The notes under the pieces: generated by a model
Told to the model about the DNA's origin: nothing
Databases searched by the model: none
What the model saw: only the letters and a program-made list of their open reading frames with translations
Source of the DNA: Alphaproteobacteria bacterium
GTDB taxonomy: Bacteria > Pseudomonadota > Alphaproteobacteria > RF32 > CAG-239
Direction: 5' to 3'
NCBI GenBank assembly: GCA_045644765.1
Contig: JAZRHM010000013.1
Span: forward strand, 78,484-142,483
DNA: 64,000 bases
Program-made: the position numbers and the translations under genes
Shown: piece by piece, positions 1 to 8,956 of the stretch
Layout of the letters: each line of letters opens with the position of its first letter
Numbering within the stretch: position 1 is the stretch's first letter

Positions 1-1009
1 AGAAAAATGAGAAGAACACAATCAAAAACGAATATAAAGCCAAATAAAGCGGTTGACCGTGACCTAACCATTGGCTCAATGTTTGAACCCAAGAAGGTCC
101 GTTTTGTGCCGACATATTAGCAATTGTAATCGGGAGCAACAACAAAGAGCTTGCAAAAATCGGAGGAATAACACCGGTAGGGTTAATTTTAAGCGGAAGA
201 TGCGAGCTTTCTGCTGACATCATACGCATACCCATTTGACGCTTAGGATATTGAATAATGATTTTTCTTTGAGCTCTTTCAACGAAAACAATCACATAAA
301 CAAGCGCAAGAACCATAATCAACAACAATGCTATAACACCTAATGACATAGAGCCGATTCTTCCCAATTCAAAAGTTTGCGCCAACGCGTTCGGTATGTT
401 TGCAATAATACCTACCGTAATAATCAAAGATGATCCGTTACCTACACCGCGAGATGTAATTTGATCACCAAGCCAAACAACAAACATTGTACCGCCAACT
501 AAAGACACGATAGTTGTAAAACGAAATACAAAGCTAGGAATTACAACAGCAGAAACACCCGTATTTCCACTCATGCTTTCAAGACCTACTGCAATACCAT
601 AACCTTGAATAACCGTAATCAACACTGTAAGCATTTTAGTATAGTGTGTAATTTTACGATGCCCTGCTTCACCTTCTTTTTTAAGAGCTGCTAACGAAGG
701 AACAACTGATTGTCCCAACTGAAGAATAATGGAAGCAGAAATATACGGGAATATGTTTAGCGCAAAGATGGTCATACGCGATAACGCACCACCTGAAAAC
801 ATATTAAACATACCCAAAATACCACCTGAATGTTTCGTGAACACCTCTGAAAGAATTTGTGGGTCAATTCCGGGAAGAGGAATAAATGTTCCCAGACGGA
901 ACACGATTAAAGCTAAAATCGTAAACCACAATCTTCTTTTGAGCTCGTCAGCTTTATTAAAAGCGGACATATCCATATTTGCCGCCATTTTTTCTGCTAA
1001 TGATACCAT
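1..1009 (-). CDS. secY: Preprotein translocase subunit SecY. N-terminal ~336 codons only; the C-terminus lies beyond the left window edge. Not in the ORF track because it is truncated.
   Basis: Reverse translation from the ATG at 1007-1009 gives MVSLAEKMAANMDMSAFNKADELKRRLWFTILALIVFRLGTFIPLPGIDPQ...GGALSRMTIFALNIFPYISASIILQL. This is the classic alphaproteobacterial SecY N-terminus and TM1-TM2 region, and the frame stays open to position 1. Confidence 0.9.
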   Translation of the reverse strand, partial: MVSLAEKMAANMDMSAFNKADELKRRLWFTILALIVFRLGTFIPLPGIDPQILSEVFTKHSGGILGMFNMFSGGALSRMTIFALNIFPYISASIILQLGQSVVPSLAALKKEGEAGHRKITHYTKMLTVLITVIQGYGIAVGLESMSGNTGVSAVVIPSFVFRFTTIVSLVGGTMFVVWLGDQITSRGVGNGSSLIITVGIIANIPNALAQTFELGRIGSMSLGVIALLLIMVLALVYVIVFVERAQRKIIIQYPKRQMGMRMMSAESSHLPLKINPTGVIPPIFASSLLLLPITIANMSAQNGPSWVQTLSQWLGHGQPLYLALYSFLIVFFSFF

Positions 1010-1130
1010 TTTTTCATCCTTAAATTAATTTAAACAAACACTACAGGCCTTTCAGACCCACTTGGGTGTAATCTAATACACAAATTAAAAAAATAATGCA
1101 ACTATTTTCTCTTTATCCTCAATTTTTGTT

Positions 1131-1172
1131 AAAAAAATATCCCGAAAGCATCTAGCACCGGGATATTTTTTA
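1131..1172 (-). terminator. Intrinsic terminator between the 250-aa secreted-protein gene and secY
   Basis: atatcccg-aaagcatctagcac-cgggatat flanked by A and T runs. Confidence 0.75.
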
Positions 1173-1180
1173 ACATATTT

Positions 1181-1933
1181 TTATTTTTTTAGCTTACCCC
1201 AACCTTTTTTAACCGATTTTTGTGTTGCTGAAACAGGTTTTACTGTATCAGTATTCCAATTACGTACAGGAGCATCACCACTTTTTTCTTTAACTAAAGC
1301 TTTTTGTTCAGGAGTCTTAGCAATTCCTATCGGCAATAATTGATCTAACAATGCCGGAGAAATAAACTCTGATTTATTTTTTGCAAAAATTTGTACAACT
1401 GCTTCTAATAATTTTGCGACAGGCTCAACATTAAAGCTTTTAACTTTTCCTCCATAAAAAACACTAAACGAATGACATGGCGCTGATAATAAAACATCGG
1501 TATAATCAACACCTTTTACAAATCGTATTATAATTTTTGGCTCTATCATACATTTAGCCATAACATTTGACACGCTGTTTTCTTTATAGAAAAATTCTTT
1601 TAATAAAATATCTTTATCTTTTTCGTTTAATATACCACAAAAACCTGTAACAGCCATACCATTTAACGTATAACCTTTATAATCTTTAGGAGCTTTATCC
1701 ACTGTATAACAGAATATCCTTTCTGATTGAAGTATATTGTTAAGTCCGTGCTTAGGAAGAGCATCTTTAATTTTTTGAATAACTTCGCCTTTACTTCCGT
1801 TATCCACTTCTTCTTTACGACGCCAAGCATCCTTATCTTGTTTGAACGATGCAACACCTTCGGAAGTTTGAGCCCCAACATTAGCTGAAAACATAAACAA
1901 CGAAGCAAAAATAAATAAACAAATCTTTTTCAT
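1181..1933 (-). CDS. Secreted hypothetical protein (250 aa), no family recognised
   Basis: ATG start, Sec signal peptide MKKICLFIFASLFMFSANVGA/QT, own terminator at 1131-1172. Confidence 0.6.
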   Translation of the reverse strand: MKKICLFIFASLFMFSANVGAQTSEGVASFKQDKDAWRRKEEVDNGSKGEVIQKIKDALPKHGLNNILQSERIFCYTVDKAPKDYKGYTLNGMAVTGFCGILNEKDKDILLKEFFYKENSVSNVMAKCMIEPKIIIRFVKGVDYTDVLLSAPCHSFSVFYGGKVKSFNVEPVAKLLEAVVQIFAKNKSEFISPALLDQLLPIGIAKTPEQKALVKEKSGDAPVRNWNTDTVKPVSATQKSVKKGWGKLKK

Positions 1934-1961
1934 ATCTTTAATCCATTAAAATTATTTTCTT

Positions 1962-2741
1962 TTATTTAATCCACGGTAAAGATTTTTGCAAATCTTCTTG
2001 CGTATTAATATCCGCCGGAGCTTCATCAATAAGTTTTATCTTATCAACAAGCATTGCTCTGACATCCATACCATTTTCAAGAGCTCTTAACTGTTCTAAA
2101 GCTTCTCTTTTTTCTAAAACGCTGGTCGGAAGAGAAACCATTTTCTTCAAAGAAGCAGCCTTAAAAACATAAATACCTATATGATGATATAAATCTTGAT
2201 TTGGACATTTTTCCGGATTACGGGTATATGGCGCAGTAGCACGTGTAAAATACAAACATCTGGCCTCTTTTTGGCCATCTTCCAAACCCATAACAATTTT
2301 TACAATATTAGGATTGTTTTTATCTTCTTCATCATGAATAACCATACCGCAAGTTGCAATATCACAATTTGTTCTTTCGACCATTTCAACCAAAGGCAAA
2401 CATACCGCAGGATCAACATTCAAGTTATCACCTTGAAAATCTACCACAATATCATATTTTTCGCCTGTCGGATCCAAAACCTTTAACGCAGCGGCGATTC
2501 TGTCTGTACCACTCGGCAAATTAGGATCAGTTAATATGGCAGTTGCCCCAAACTTATTACATTCGTCAACAATAGCCTGATCTCCGGCTGCAATAGCAAT
2601 ATCTGACTTTCCGTTCATAACCTTTTGAACGTTTTCATAAACACGCTGAACTAATGTTTTACCATTTATATTAATGAGCGGTTTATTAGGAAGTCTTGTT
2701 GCGGCCAAACGCACAGGCATCAAAGTTATTACTCTGTTCAT
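1962..2741 (-). CDS. kdsB: 3-deoxy-manno-octulosonate cytidylyltransferase (CMP-KDO synthetase)
   Basis: N-terminus PVRLAATRLPNKPLININGKTLVQRVYE matches the KdsB P-loop-like motif. Length 259 aa. Confidence 0.88.
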   Translation of the reverse strand: MNRVITLMPVRLAATRLPNKPLININGKTLVQRVYENVQKVMNGKSDIAIAAGDQAIVDECNKFGATAILTDPNLPSGTDRIAAALKVLDPTGEKYDIVVDFQGDNLNVDPAVCLPLVEMVERTNCDIATCGMVIHDEEDKNNPNIVKIVMGLEDGQKEARCLYFTRATAPYTRNPEKCPNQDLYHHIGIYVFKAASLKKMVSLPTSVLEKREALEQLRALENGMDVRAMLVDKIKLIDEAPADINTQEDLQKSLPWIK

Positions 2742-2841
2742 TTAATTATCCTCTTCAAAAAATAATATACTCTTGCTGAGTTTAACAAAAATATATTTTG
2801 TTTCAAGGAAATTATTTTTTTATACATCTCTTTAAAAAACT

Positions 2842-2875
2842 AAAAGCCCTAGTCATAAAGATGACGGGGCTTTTA
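2842..2875 (-). terminator. Intrinsic terminator after the 104-aa ORF
   Basis: aaagccctagtcat-aaag-atgacggggctttt. Confidence 0.8.
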
Positions 2876-2896
2876 TAAACACTACTTTTATATTGA

Positions 2897-3211
2897 TTAC
2901 AATCTTTTTTCAAAAGTAGAAATTTTTTCACTCAGAGTACTCTCACCAATGGTTCTAAGCTTAATAATCAGCAAACGATACTCATGTTGACAACCACTGA
3001 TGTACGATGTTTTTTGGAATAAAACATCCAAATAAACTCTGTCGACTTCAGAAAACTCACTCTTTGATACCAATTCCATAATCGCGCTTTTTCTCTGAGT
3101 TGGCATTGCAATTCTTTCACGGAATGCCTGTGCTTTTAAATGCTTTTCTTTCTTTTCCATACTAATTTGATTTTGTAATTTTGTGATATAATTGTATATT
3201 TCTTCTTTCAA
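2897..3211 (-). CDS. Hypothetical protein (104 aa, TTG start; an internal ATG would give ~87 aa)
   Basis: ORF followed by terminator 2842-2875. No recognisable motif. Confidence 0.4.
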   Translation of the reverse strand: MKEEIYNYITKLQNQISMEKKEKHLKAQAFRERIAMPTQRKSAIMELVSKSEFSEVDRVYLDVLFQKTSYISGCQHEYRLLIIKLRTIGESTLSEKISTFEKRL

Positions 3212-3359
3212 TATAGCTCAAAAAAAAAGTTTATTCAAGTAAAAAAACATCTTTTATGAAAATTTATATACAAAATGTGAAAATTATTTTTATAAAAGCG
3301 AAAGAATAAAAAATTCATACAATCTCTACTATACTTATAAAAAGAATCCCCTTGCTGTT

Positions 3360-3845
3360 TTAACACAAACAAAGGGATTCTTTTTTAATTTCCGCATTCT
3401 TTTTATGCGATTTTATATACGGCAACAAAGTAAGCTTAAGTCCTAACAGTAAGGAAAGCATATACATTACCGTAACAACTACCAAAGCAAGAATTTTTTT
3501 ATATATTTTTCTTACTTCGTGTTTTTCAAGGTCTTCGATAGCACCCATTGATACTAAAATGATAATTCCACATAGCGCAATAAAAAATGTACCAAACTCT
3601 TCATAAACAGTGGCTTCAATCTGTTTTGCCTTCATGTCTTGAAGATTAAGACCTTGTTTTGCTAATACTAGCTCATACTCTTTTGAAAAATTCTTTGGAT
3701 TGTCATAATCGCTTGCGTTACGATAACCACAAACAAAGAGCAATACCACGAGAACCGCTATCAAAAGAGCAATTTTTTTGGATTTTGGGCTTGTTAAACA
3801 TGCATAAGTTAATATACCTGCAAGTAACCCGAAAATTAAATTCAT
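3360..3845 (-). CDS. Integral membrane protein (about 4 TM), unknown function
   Basis: Hydrophobic segments at the N-terminus, LIAVLVVLLFVCG, FFIALCGIIILVSMG and ALVVVTVMYMLSLLLGL. A terminator hairpin overlaps the stop codon. Confidence 0.6.
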   Translation of the reverse strand: MNLIFGLLAGILTYACLTSPKSKKIALLIAVLVVLLFVCGYRNASDYDNPKNFSKEYELVLAKQGLNLQDMKAKQIEATVYEEFGTFFIALCGIIILVSMGAIEDLEKHEVRKIYKKILALVVVTVMYMLSLLLGLKLTLLPYIKSHKKNAEIKKESLCLC

Positions 3846-3865
3846 CTCTGTTGTTTGTAGTTATA

Positions 3866-3893
3866 GCAAGAAGGAACTATTGCTCCTTCTTGC
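3866..3893 (-). other. 10-bp-stem intercistronic hairpin between the OMP gene and the downstream membrane-protein gene
   Basis: gcaagaagga-actattgc-tccttcttgc. There is no T-tract, so it is more likely an mRNA-stabilising or processing stem than a terminator. Confidence 0.4.
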
Positions 3894-3905
3894 CTTAATT
3901 AAACA

Positions 3906-4841
3906 TTAAAATACAAAACTGGATCCAACACCCACATAAGGAGCAATGTCTCCAGATGTAAACTTAGCACCTGCTTCCGCATAAAGCGTTGCATGATTGC
4001 CAAGATCAAAACCACATACTGTGTGTACACCTTGCATGGTCTCTTGAGCCCAAGCAGATAAAGTTAAACACATATTGCTTTTACCAACTGCAATATTATT
4101 GCGATTATAGGTCAAAACAATGTTTTGGTTATCTGTACCTAACTTATTGGCAGAAAGATTAAGAACATTATTGTTCTTGCTGAACTTTACTGCAGCATAA
4201 CCGGTTAAAGGAGCATTTTTGCACATATCCACTCCACCTGTCAGAGACAAGCAATTTGCAATGTTAGTTTCAACACCTGTAAACCAATATCCGTCATCAA
4301 ATCTAAAGAAAGAAACCCCTCCTTGATGTCCGACAAAAATTTTTGTTTTACTGATATTATAACTTAACTGCATTGCATTTGAAGCAGAAGCGCCTTCACC
4401 TAGTATGACCATATGGTTTGCATACTGAGGATCTAAGCCTGCAGAAATCAGTCCTGTCCTTTTGAAGTTTCCTACACGATACTCAATGCTTGAGTTATTA
4501 AAAGCATAAGAAGCTGAAACAAAATTTACAGGAGAGCAAATACCAAACTCAGTAGATACGCAACCTACAACATTACCGCCAAAGGTAAAGTTACCGATTT
4601 GTTGACTATATCCACCGACAACAACTGCTTGAAACAAGCTCTGTTCTGTTGTCTGATTGGCGCTTAAGCTCATACTCATGTTAACTTTTTTCTGCTCTTC
4701 CTTTTTCTGTTCATTTAACTCTTTCAAGCTCATACCATCTCCACATTTGAAGATGTTATCATTCTTTGGAGCAAGAACAGAAACGGTTAAACACACAATT
4801 GCTAATACAGCGATGATAATTTTTTCTTTCAAAGTTTTCAT
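3906..4841 (-). CDS. Outer-membrane beta-barrel protein (porin/OMP-like), Cys-containing
   Basis: Signal peptide, alternating beta-strand pattern, and C-terminal ...YVGVGSSFVF with a terminal Phe typical of BAM substrates. Confidence 0.6.
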   Translation of the reverse strand: MKTLKEKIIIAVLAIVCLTVSVLAPKNDNIFKCGDGMSLKELNEQKKEEQKKVNMSMSLSANQTTEQSLFQAVVVGGYSQQIGNFTFGGNVVGCVSTEFGICSPVNFVSASYAFNNSSIEYRVGNFKRTGLISAGLDPQYANHMVILGEGASASNAMQLSYNISKTKIFVGHQGGVSFFRFDDGYWFTGVETNIANCLSLTGGVDMCKNAPLTGYAAVKFSKNNNVLNLSANKLGTDNQNIVLTYNRNNIAVGKSNMCLTLSAWAQETMQGVHTVCGFDLGNHATLYAEAGAKFTSGDIAPYVGVGSSFVF

Positions 4842-5165
4842 TTTTTTATATAATTTAAATGTTAATATTCAGATTAAAGAAATGCTATATCAAGTAAACA
4901 TCTAGATAAAAACAAATAAACTAAACAACTGCAAAAAAACAGCTTTAGAAAACTCATCTTTAAATAATCGATACAATAGCCTATAATAATCTTTTGTAAT
5001 TATTTTATAACACATTTTCATCACAAACACAAGTATTATTAGTTTTTATCAGAAAATTAAATGATGTAATTGTGATTAAATTCTAAAAAAAAACTGGAAA
5101 ATGAACTTTTTTTAAATTACTTTCGTTTATATGCATATGTAAATTGTTTTAAGAAAGATAGAAAA

Positions 5166-6308
5166 ATGAAAAAATACATTAAATTTGTAGCTCCGATACT
5201 CATAATAGCAGCATTTGTTTATTTTAACAAATCAAAAGAATCGACACCCGTTTATGATACCGTAAAATTAGAATACGGAAAAATAAGCCAAAGTGTCACG
5301 GCATCAGGAGTTATAAATCCGCTATCAACCGTTACGATAGGAACACAGGTATCCGGCACTATAAAAGAAATATATGTTGATTTCAATTCAGAGGTTAAAC
5401 AAAATCAGCTTTTGGCTCTTATTGATCCGGACGTGTTTGAAGCAAATGTTGCTCAACGGCAAGCCGCCTTAGAAATTGCTGAAGCTCAGCTTAATATACA
5501 AGAAAATGATATCGTTTATTATAAAAAAACTTTGGATAGAATTTTAAAACTTAAAAATGCAAAATATTCAACCGAAAAAGAATTAGAATCGGCTCAACGC
5601 AACTATGACAATGCCGTTGCACAATTAAGACTTCAAAAAGCTCAAGTAAAACAAGCTAAAGCTTCTTTAGATTCTGCGCAAACAGAACTTCGTTATACCA
5701 AAATAACCTCCCCTGTTGACGGTATCGTAATTTCTAAATCTGTTGAAGTTGGGCAAACAGTTGCAGCCAGTTTTTCAACTCCGGAATTGTTTTCTGTTGC
5801 CGAAGATCTGACGAAAATGGAAATTGAAGCATCAGTTGTAGAAGCCGATGTTGCTAAAGTTGCCGTCGGACAAGATGTATTTTTTAATGTTGACAGTTAC
5901 CCTGATAAAACCTTTAAGGGAGTTGTTAAACAAGTTCGTAATCAAGCCGTTACAACCTCAAATGTGGTCACATACAGTGTTATCATTGAAATTGATAATT
6001 CCAATTTGCTGTTAAAACCGGGTATGACTGCCAATGTAGAAATTATTACGGCACATAAAGACAATGCATTAATTGTTCCCAATGCTGCTTTACGTTTTTA
6101 TTTAGATGAAAATCAGCGCTACAAAGAAAAAGGCGTTTGGACATTAAACGACGACACACCTGAACGTATTGTTATCACAGAAGGAATTTCCGATGACAAC
6201 AACACCGAAATTATATCAGATAAGCTAAAAGTTGGTGATAAAATCATTGTATCAAAGCAACTAAATGATAAAGATAAGCGAGCAACTCGCCTCAGAATGC
6301 CTCGATAA
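5166..6308 (+). CDS. HlyD/MacA-family periplasmic adaptor (membrane fusion protein) of an ABC efflux system
   Basis: N-terminal TM, coiled-coil hairpin (AQRQAALEIAEAQL...AQLRLQKAQVKQAKASLDSAQTEL), the RYTKITSPVDGIV lipoyl motif, and the downstream ABC genes. Confidence 0.85.
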   Translation: MKKYIKFVAPILIIAAFVYFNKSKESTPVYDTVKLEYGKISQSVTASGVINPLSTVTIGTQVSGTIKEIYVDFNSEVKQNQLLALIDPDVFEANVAQRQAALEIAEAQLNIQENDIVYYKKTLDRILKLKNAKYSTEKELESAQRNYDNAVAQLRLQKAQVKQAKASLDSAQTELRYTKITSPVDGIVISKSVEVGQTVAASFSTPELFSVAEDLTKMEIEASVVEADVAKVAVGQDVFFNVDSYPDKTFKGVVKQVRNQAVTTSNVVTYSVIIEIDNSNLLLKPGMTANVEIITAHKDNALIVPNAALRFYLDENQRYKEKGVWTLNDDTPERIVITEGISDDNNTEIISDKLKVGDKIIVSKQLNDKDKRATRLRMPR

Positions 6309-6320
6309 AAGGATTTTAGC

Positions 6321-7010
6321 ATGACTTTGATTGAATTAAAAAACATACGTAAAAGTTATCATCTTGATGGTTTTGATTTAGAAATATTAAAAGGGATTTC
6401 TCTTAAAATCAATAAGGGTGAGTTTGTTGCCATAATGGGTCCGTCGGGTTCCGGTAAATCTACATTAATGAACATACTCGGCTGTCTTGATTTACCATCA
6501 TCCGGAGAATATCTTCTTGACGGTAAAAATGTAGAACATCTTGACAGTGATGAATTGGCTCAAATCAGAAACGAAAAAATCGGTTTTGTTTTCCAAGGTT
6601 TTAATTTGCTTTCTCGCACTTCAGCCATAGAAAATGTTGAACTTCCCATGGTATATGGCAAAATTCCGGCCGGTGAGCGTAAAAATCGTGCTAAACTTGC
6701 TTTAGAAAAAGTTGGATTAAAAGAAAGAATGTATCATCTGCCGAACCAACTTTCAGGCGGACAACAACAGCGTGTTGCCATTGCTCGTGCTGTGGTAAAC
6801 GAAGCCCCTATTATTTTTGCCGATGAGCCGACCGGCAACTTGGATACAAAGATGAGCGTCGAAATTATGGAGCTTTTTACAAAACTCAATAAAGACATGG
6901 GAAGGACCATCATTTTAGTTACACATGAAGAAGATATTGCAAAATATGCAAGTCGCATTATCAAAATTGTTGATGGAGAAATATCTTCTGACAGGAGTTA
7001 TAAAAAATGA
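6321..7010 (+). CDS. ABC transporter ATP-binding protein, MacB/LolD-like
   Basis: Walker [10 protein letters not shown], signature [14 protein letters not shown], Walker [13 protein letters not shown]. Confidence 0.92.
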   Translation: MTLIELKNIRKSYHLDGFDLEILKGISLKINKGEFVAIMGPSGSGKSTLMNILGCLDLPSSGEYLLDGKNVEHLDSDELAQIRNEKIGFVFQGFNLLSRTSAIENVELPMVYGKIPAGERKNRAKLALEKVGLKERMYHLPNQLSGGQQQRVAIARAVVNEAPIIFADEPTGNLDTKMSVEIMELFTKLNKDMGRTIILVTHEEDIAKYASRIIKIVDGEISSDRSYKK

Positions 7011-8236
7011 TTGATACAGCAACAACATTTAATATTGCATTACGGGCCATTAAAGCCAATAAAATGCGTTCGATTTTAACAAGCTTGGGTATAATTATCG
7101 GTGTTGCCGCCGTTATTATAATGCTTGCAATCGGAAATGGTGCACAAATTACCATACAGAAAGAAATGAAAAGTATGGGTTCAAACCTAATTATGATACG
7201 TTCCGGCACATCAACGTCCGGAGGTCAACGTATGGGACATGGCTCTCAACCGACTATGAAAGCCTCAGACGGCGATGCCATTGAAGAAAAAATCGCCAGC
7301 ATAAAAATTGCAGCTCCGGTGCTAAATGATGCAGGGCAAATTGTGTACGGAAATTCTAACTGGTCCACCTCAATCACCGGCACTGATAACAGATATTTTG
7401 AAATCAAAGAATGGGACCTTGAATATGGTCGCTATTTTAGTGAAAATGACATAAAAAATGCAGGTAAAGTTGCCATTTTAGGGACGACAGTCGTCAAAGA
7501 ACTTTTTGGTGATTTAGATCCTTTAGGAAGAACAATTAGGGTTAAAGGCATTCCGTTTACTGTTATCGGTGTAACTCAAAGCCGAGGACAAAGCGGTCCC
7601 GGAATGGATCAAGACGATACCATATACATTCCGCTGAGCACAGCGCAAAAAAAAGTGACCGGTGTTGAATTTCCGGATATGGTAAAGATGATTATGCTAC
7701 AAGCAGTAGATGCTCAAAGCACTTATACATCTCAAGAAGAAATCAGGGCACTTTTACGCCAAAGACACAACTTAGGTGCAAACAAAGATGACGATTTTGT
7801 AATACGCAACTTAACACAAATGATGGAAATGATGGAAAGTTCGACCAAAGTATTAACTATCTTACTCGGCTCCATTGCCTCGATTTCTTTAATTGTCGGT
7901 GGTATCGGAATTATGAACATCATGCTTGTTTCAGTTACGGAAAGAACACGTGAAATCGGTATACGTATGGCTATTGGTGCTAAAACTTGGGATATTAGGC
8001 TTCAATTTTTAACTGAAGCATTGGTTTTATCATTAATCGGAGGTTTGATTGGCGTCATAATTGGGCTAATCGGTTCTTGGGCAATATCCGTATTTTCAAC
8101 ATTTAGTGCTGTTGTATCTATATTTTATGTCTTGTTACCCTTTACGGTTTCCGGACTTGTAGGATTGTTTTTCGGGTTTTATCCAGCATATAAAGCATCT
8201 TTGCTAAATCCGATAAACGCATTAAGGTATGAATAG
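7007..8236 (+). CDS. ABC transporter permease, MacB-type (periplasmic core domain plus FtsX fold)
   Basis: 4-nt overlap with the ATPase gene. N-terminal TM, large periplasmic domain, C-terminal FtsX-like TMs, and a ...YPAYKASLLNPINALRYE tail typical of MacB/FtsX permeases. Confidence 0.88.
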   Translation: MIDTATTFNIALRAIKANKMRSILTSLGIIIGVAAVIIMLAIGNGAQITIQKEMKSMGSNLIMIRSGTSTSGGQRMGHGSQPTMKASDGDAIEEKIASIKIAAPVLNDAGQIVYGNSNWSTSITGTDNRYFEIKEWDLEYGRYFSENDIKNAGKVAILGTTVVKELFGDLDPLGRTIRVKGIPFTVIGVTQSRGQSGPGMDQDDTIYIPLSTAQKKVTGVEFPDMVKMIMLQAVDAQSTYTSQEEIRALLRQRHNLGANKDDDFVIRNLTQMMEMMESSTKVLTILLGSIASISLIVGGIGIMNIMLVSVTERTREIGIRMAIGAKTWDIRLQFLTEALVLSLIGGLIGVIIGLIGSWAISVFSTFSAVVSIFYVLLPFTVSGLVGLFFGFYPAYKASLLNPINALRYE

Positions 8237-8343
8237 TAAAATAATTTAAAAATCGGAAGATGCTTGAACCAAACCTTGCGGTTTGGCAGCATGACTTTAA
8301 AAAATGTCACCCTACTTTGTGAGTGAAGCGAACACCCATAACC

Positions 8344-8441
8344 TGTCACACCTCCGAACGAAGTGAGGTCAAGGGGTCTTCGAATTAGTTTTAAAAAATC
8401 GGAAGATGCTTGGACCAAACCTTGCGATTTGGCAGCATGAC
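8344..8441. repeat. Composite palindromic unit U1 (~98 bp): hairpin core, tcttcgaatt-AT linker-aatcggaaga, hairpin core
   Basis: tgtcacacctccgaacgaagtgaggtcaaggggtcttcgaattagttttaaaaaatcggaagatgcttggaccaaaccttgcgatttggcagcatgac. The termini gtca...tgac are inverted. Confidence 0.75.
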
Positions 8442-8454
8442 ATAAACTAGAATC

Positions 8455-8553
8455 GTCATCGCTCGTTTTCGTTAAGAAAACGTCCAGCGATCTTCGAATT
8501 AATTTTTAAATCGGTTGGTCCCTTGACGATTCCTGACGGAATCGAGGGACGAC
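8455..8553. repeat. Composite palindromic unit U2 (~99 bp): same framework, different hairpin cores
   Basis: gtcatcgctcgttttcgttaagaaaacgtccagcgatcttcgaattaatttttaaatcggttggtcccttgacgattcctgacggaatcgagggacgac. Confidence 0.7.
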
Positions 8554-8608
8554 TTTTTTATTTTTCCTAGCGGAATCGAGGGACGACAATATTATATTAA
8601 AACATAAC

Positions 8609-8711
8609 TGTCACCCTTCTTTGTGAGCAATGCGAACAAAGTCAAAGGGTCTACGAATTAGTTTTAAAAAATCGGTAGATGCCTTGACCTCACTCCGTTC
8701 GGAGGCATGAC
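8609..8711. repeat. Composite palindromic unit U3 (~103 bp). Its left core relates to 8305-8334; its right core is the reverse complement of the U1 left core.
   Basis: tgtcacccttctttgtgagcaatgcgaacaaagtcaaagggtctacgaattagttttaaaaaatcggtagatgccttgacctcactccgttcggaggcatgac. Confidence 0.75.
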
Positions 8712-8956
8712 TTTATTGTTGTTTTGCCTTATTTTTTTATAAAAAACAAATCTTAAAAAACGCTTTGTTTACAACAACTTAAACCTTGAAAGAGCTGCAC
8801 AAAAACCAACGTTTTTTTGCAAAATTGATTTTTCTTATTTTTCAAAAACTTAAGCAAAAGCAAAAACAGTGCACAGAAGAGAAAAAGGTGCTTGATTTAA
8901 ACGTACGTTTTTGTAACATAACACCATATATACTGCAACTATTATAAGGAAAAATT

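Larger units (their letters stand above)
8240..8711. repeat. Array of GC-rich modular palindromic (REP/BIME/RPE/MITE-like) elements in alternating orientation, joined by AT-rich palindromic linkers
   Basis: Frame A (aatcggWagatgc...gcatgac) lies at 8251-8295, 8397-8441 and 8669-8711. The inverted frame B (gtcaNNc...gRtctWcgaatt) lies at 8344-8386, 8455-8490 and 8609-8661. The linker is cgaattaRttttaaaaaatcgg. 8246-8295 and 8391-8441 are ~94% identical direct repeats. 8351-8374 is the reverse complement of 8682-8705 with 1 mismatch. The 17-mer cggaatcgagggacgac occurs twice (8537-8553, 8571-8587). Confidence 0.85.

Noticed and set aside
729-1028. 99-aa plus-strand ORF
   Set aside because: It lies entirely antisense to the well-supported secY coding sequence, so it is a shadow ORF.
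8179-8418. 79-aa minus-strand ORF
   Set aside because: It runs through the palindromic repeat array and the 3' end of the permease gene. It has no SD, and its composition is dictated by the repeats.
8240-8711. Possible CRISPR array, or a tRNA, tmRNA or SRP RNA gene, given the GC-rich structured non-coding DNA and TTCGAAT-like strings
   Set aside because: There is no constant repeat of fixed length alternating with unique spacers; unit spacing is 146, 112 and 160 bp and the elements are inverted relative to each other. The cttcgaatt strings are not flanked by complementary T-arm stems. There is no acceptor stem or CCA-proximal structure, and no conserved tmRNA, RNase P or SRP motifs. No cas genes are present.
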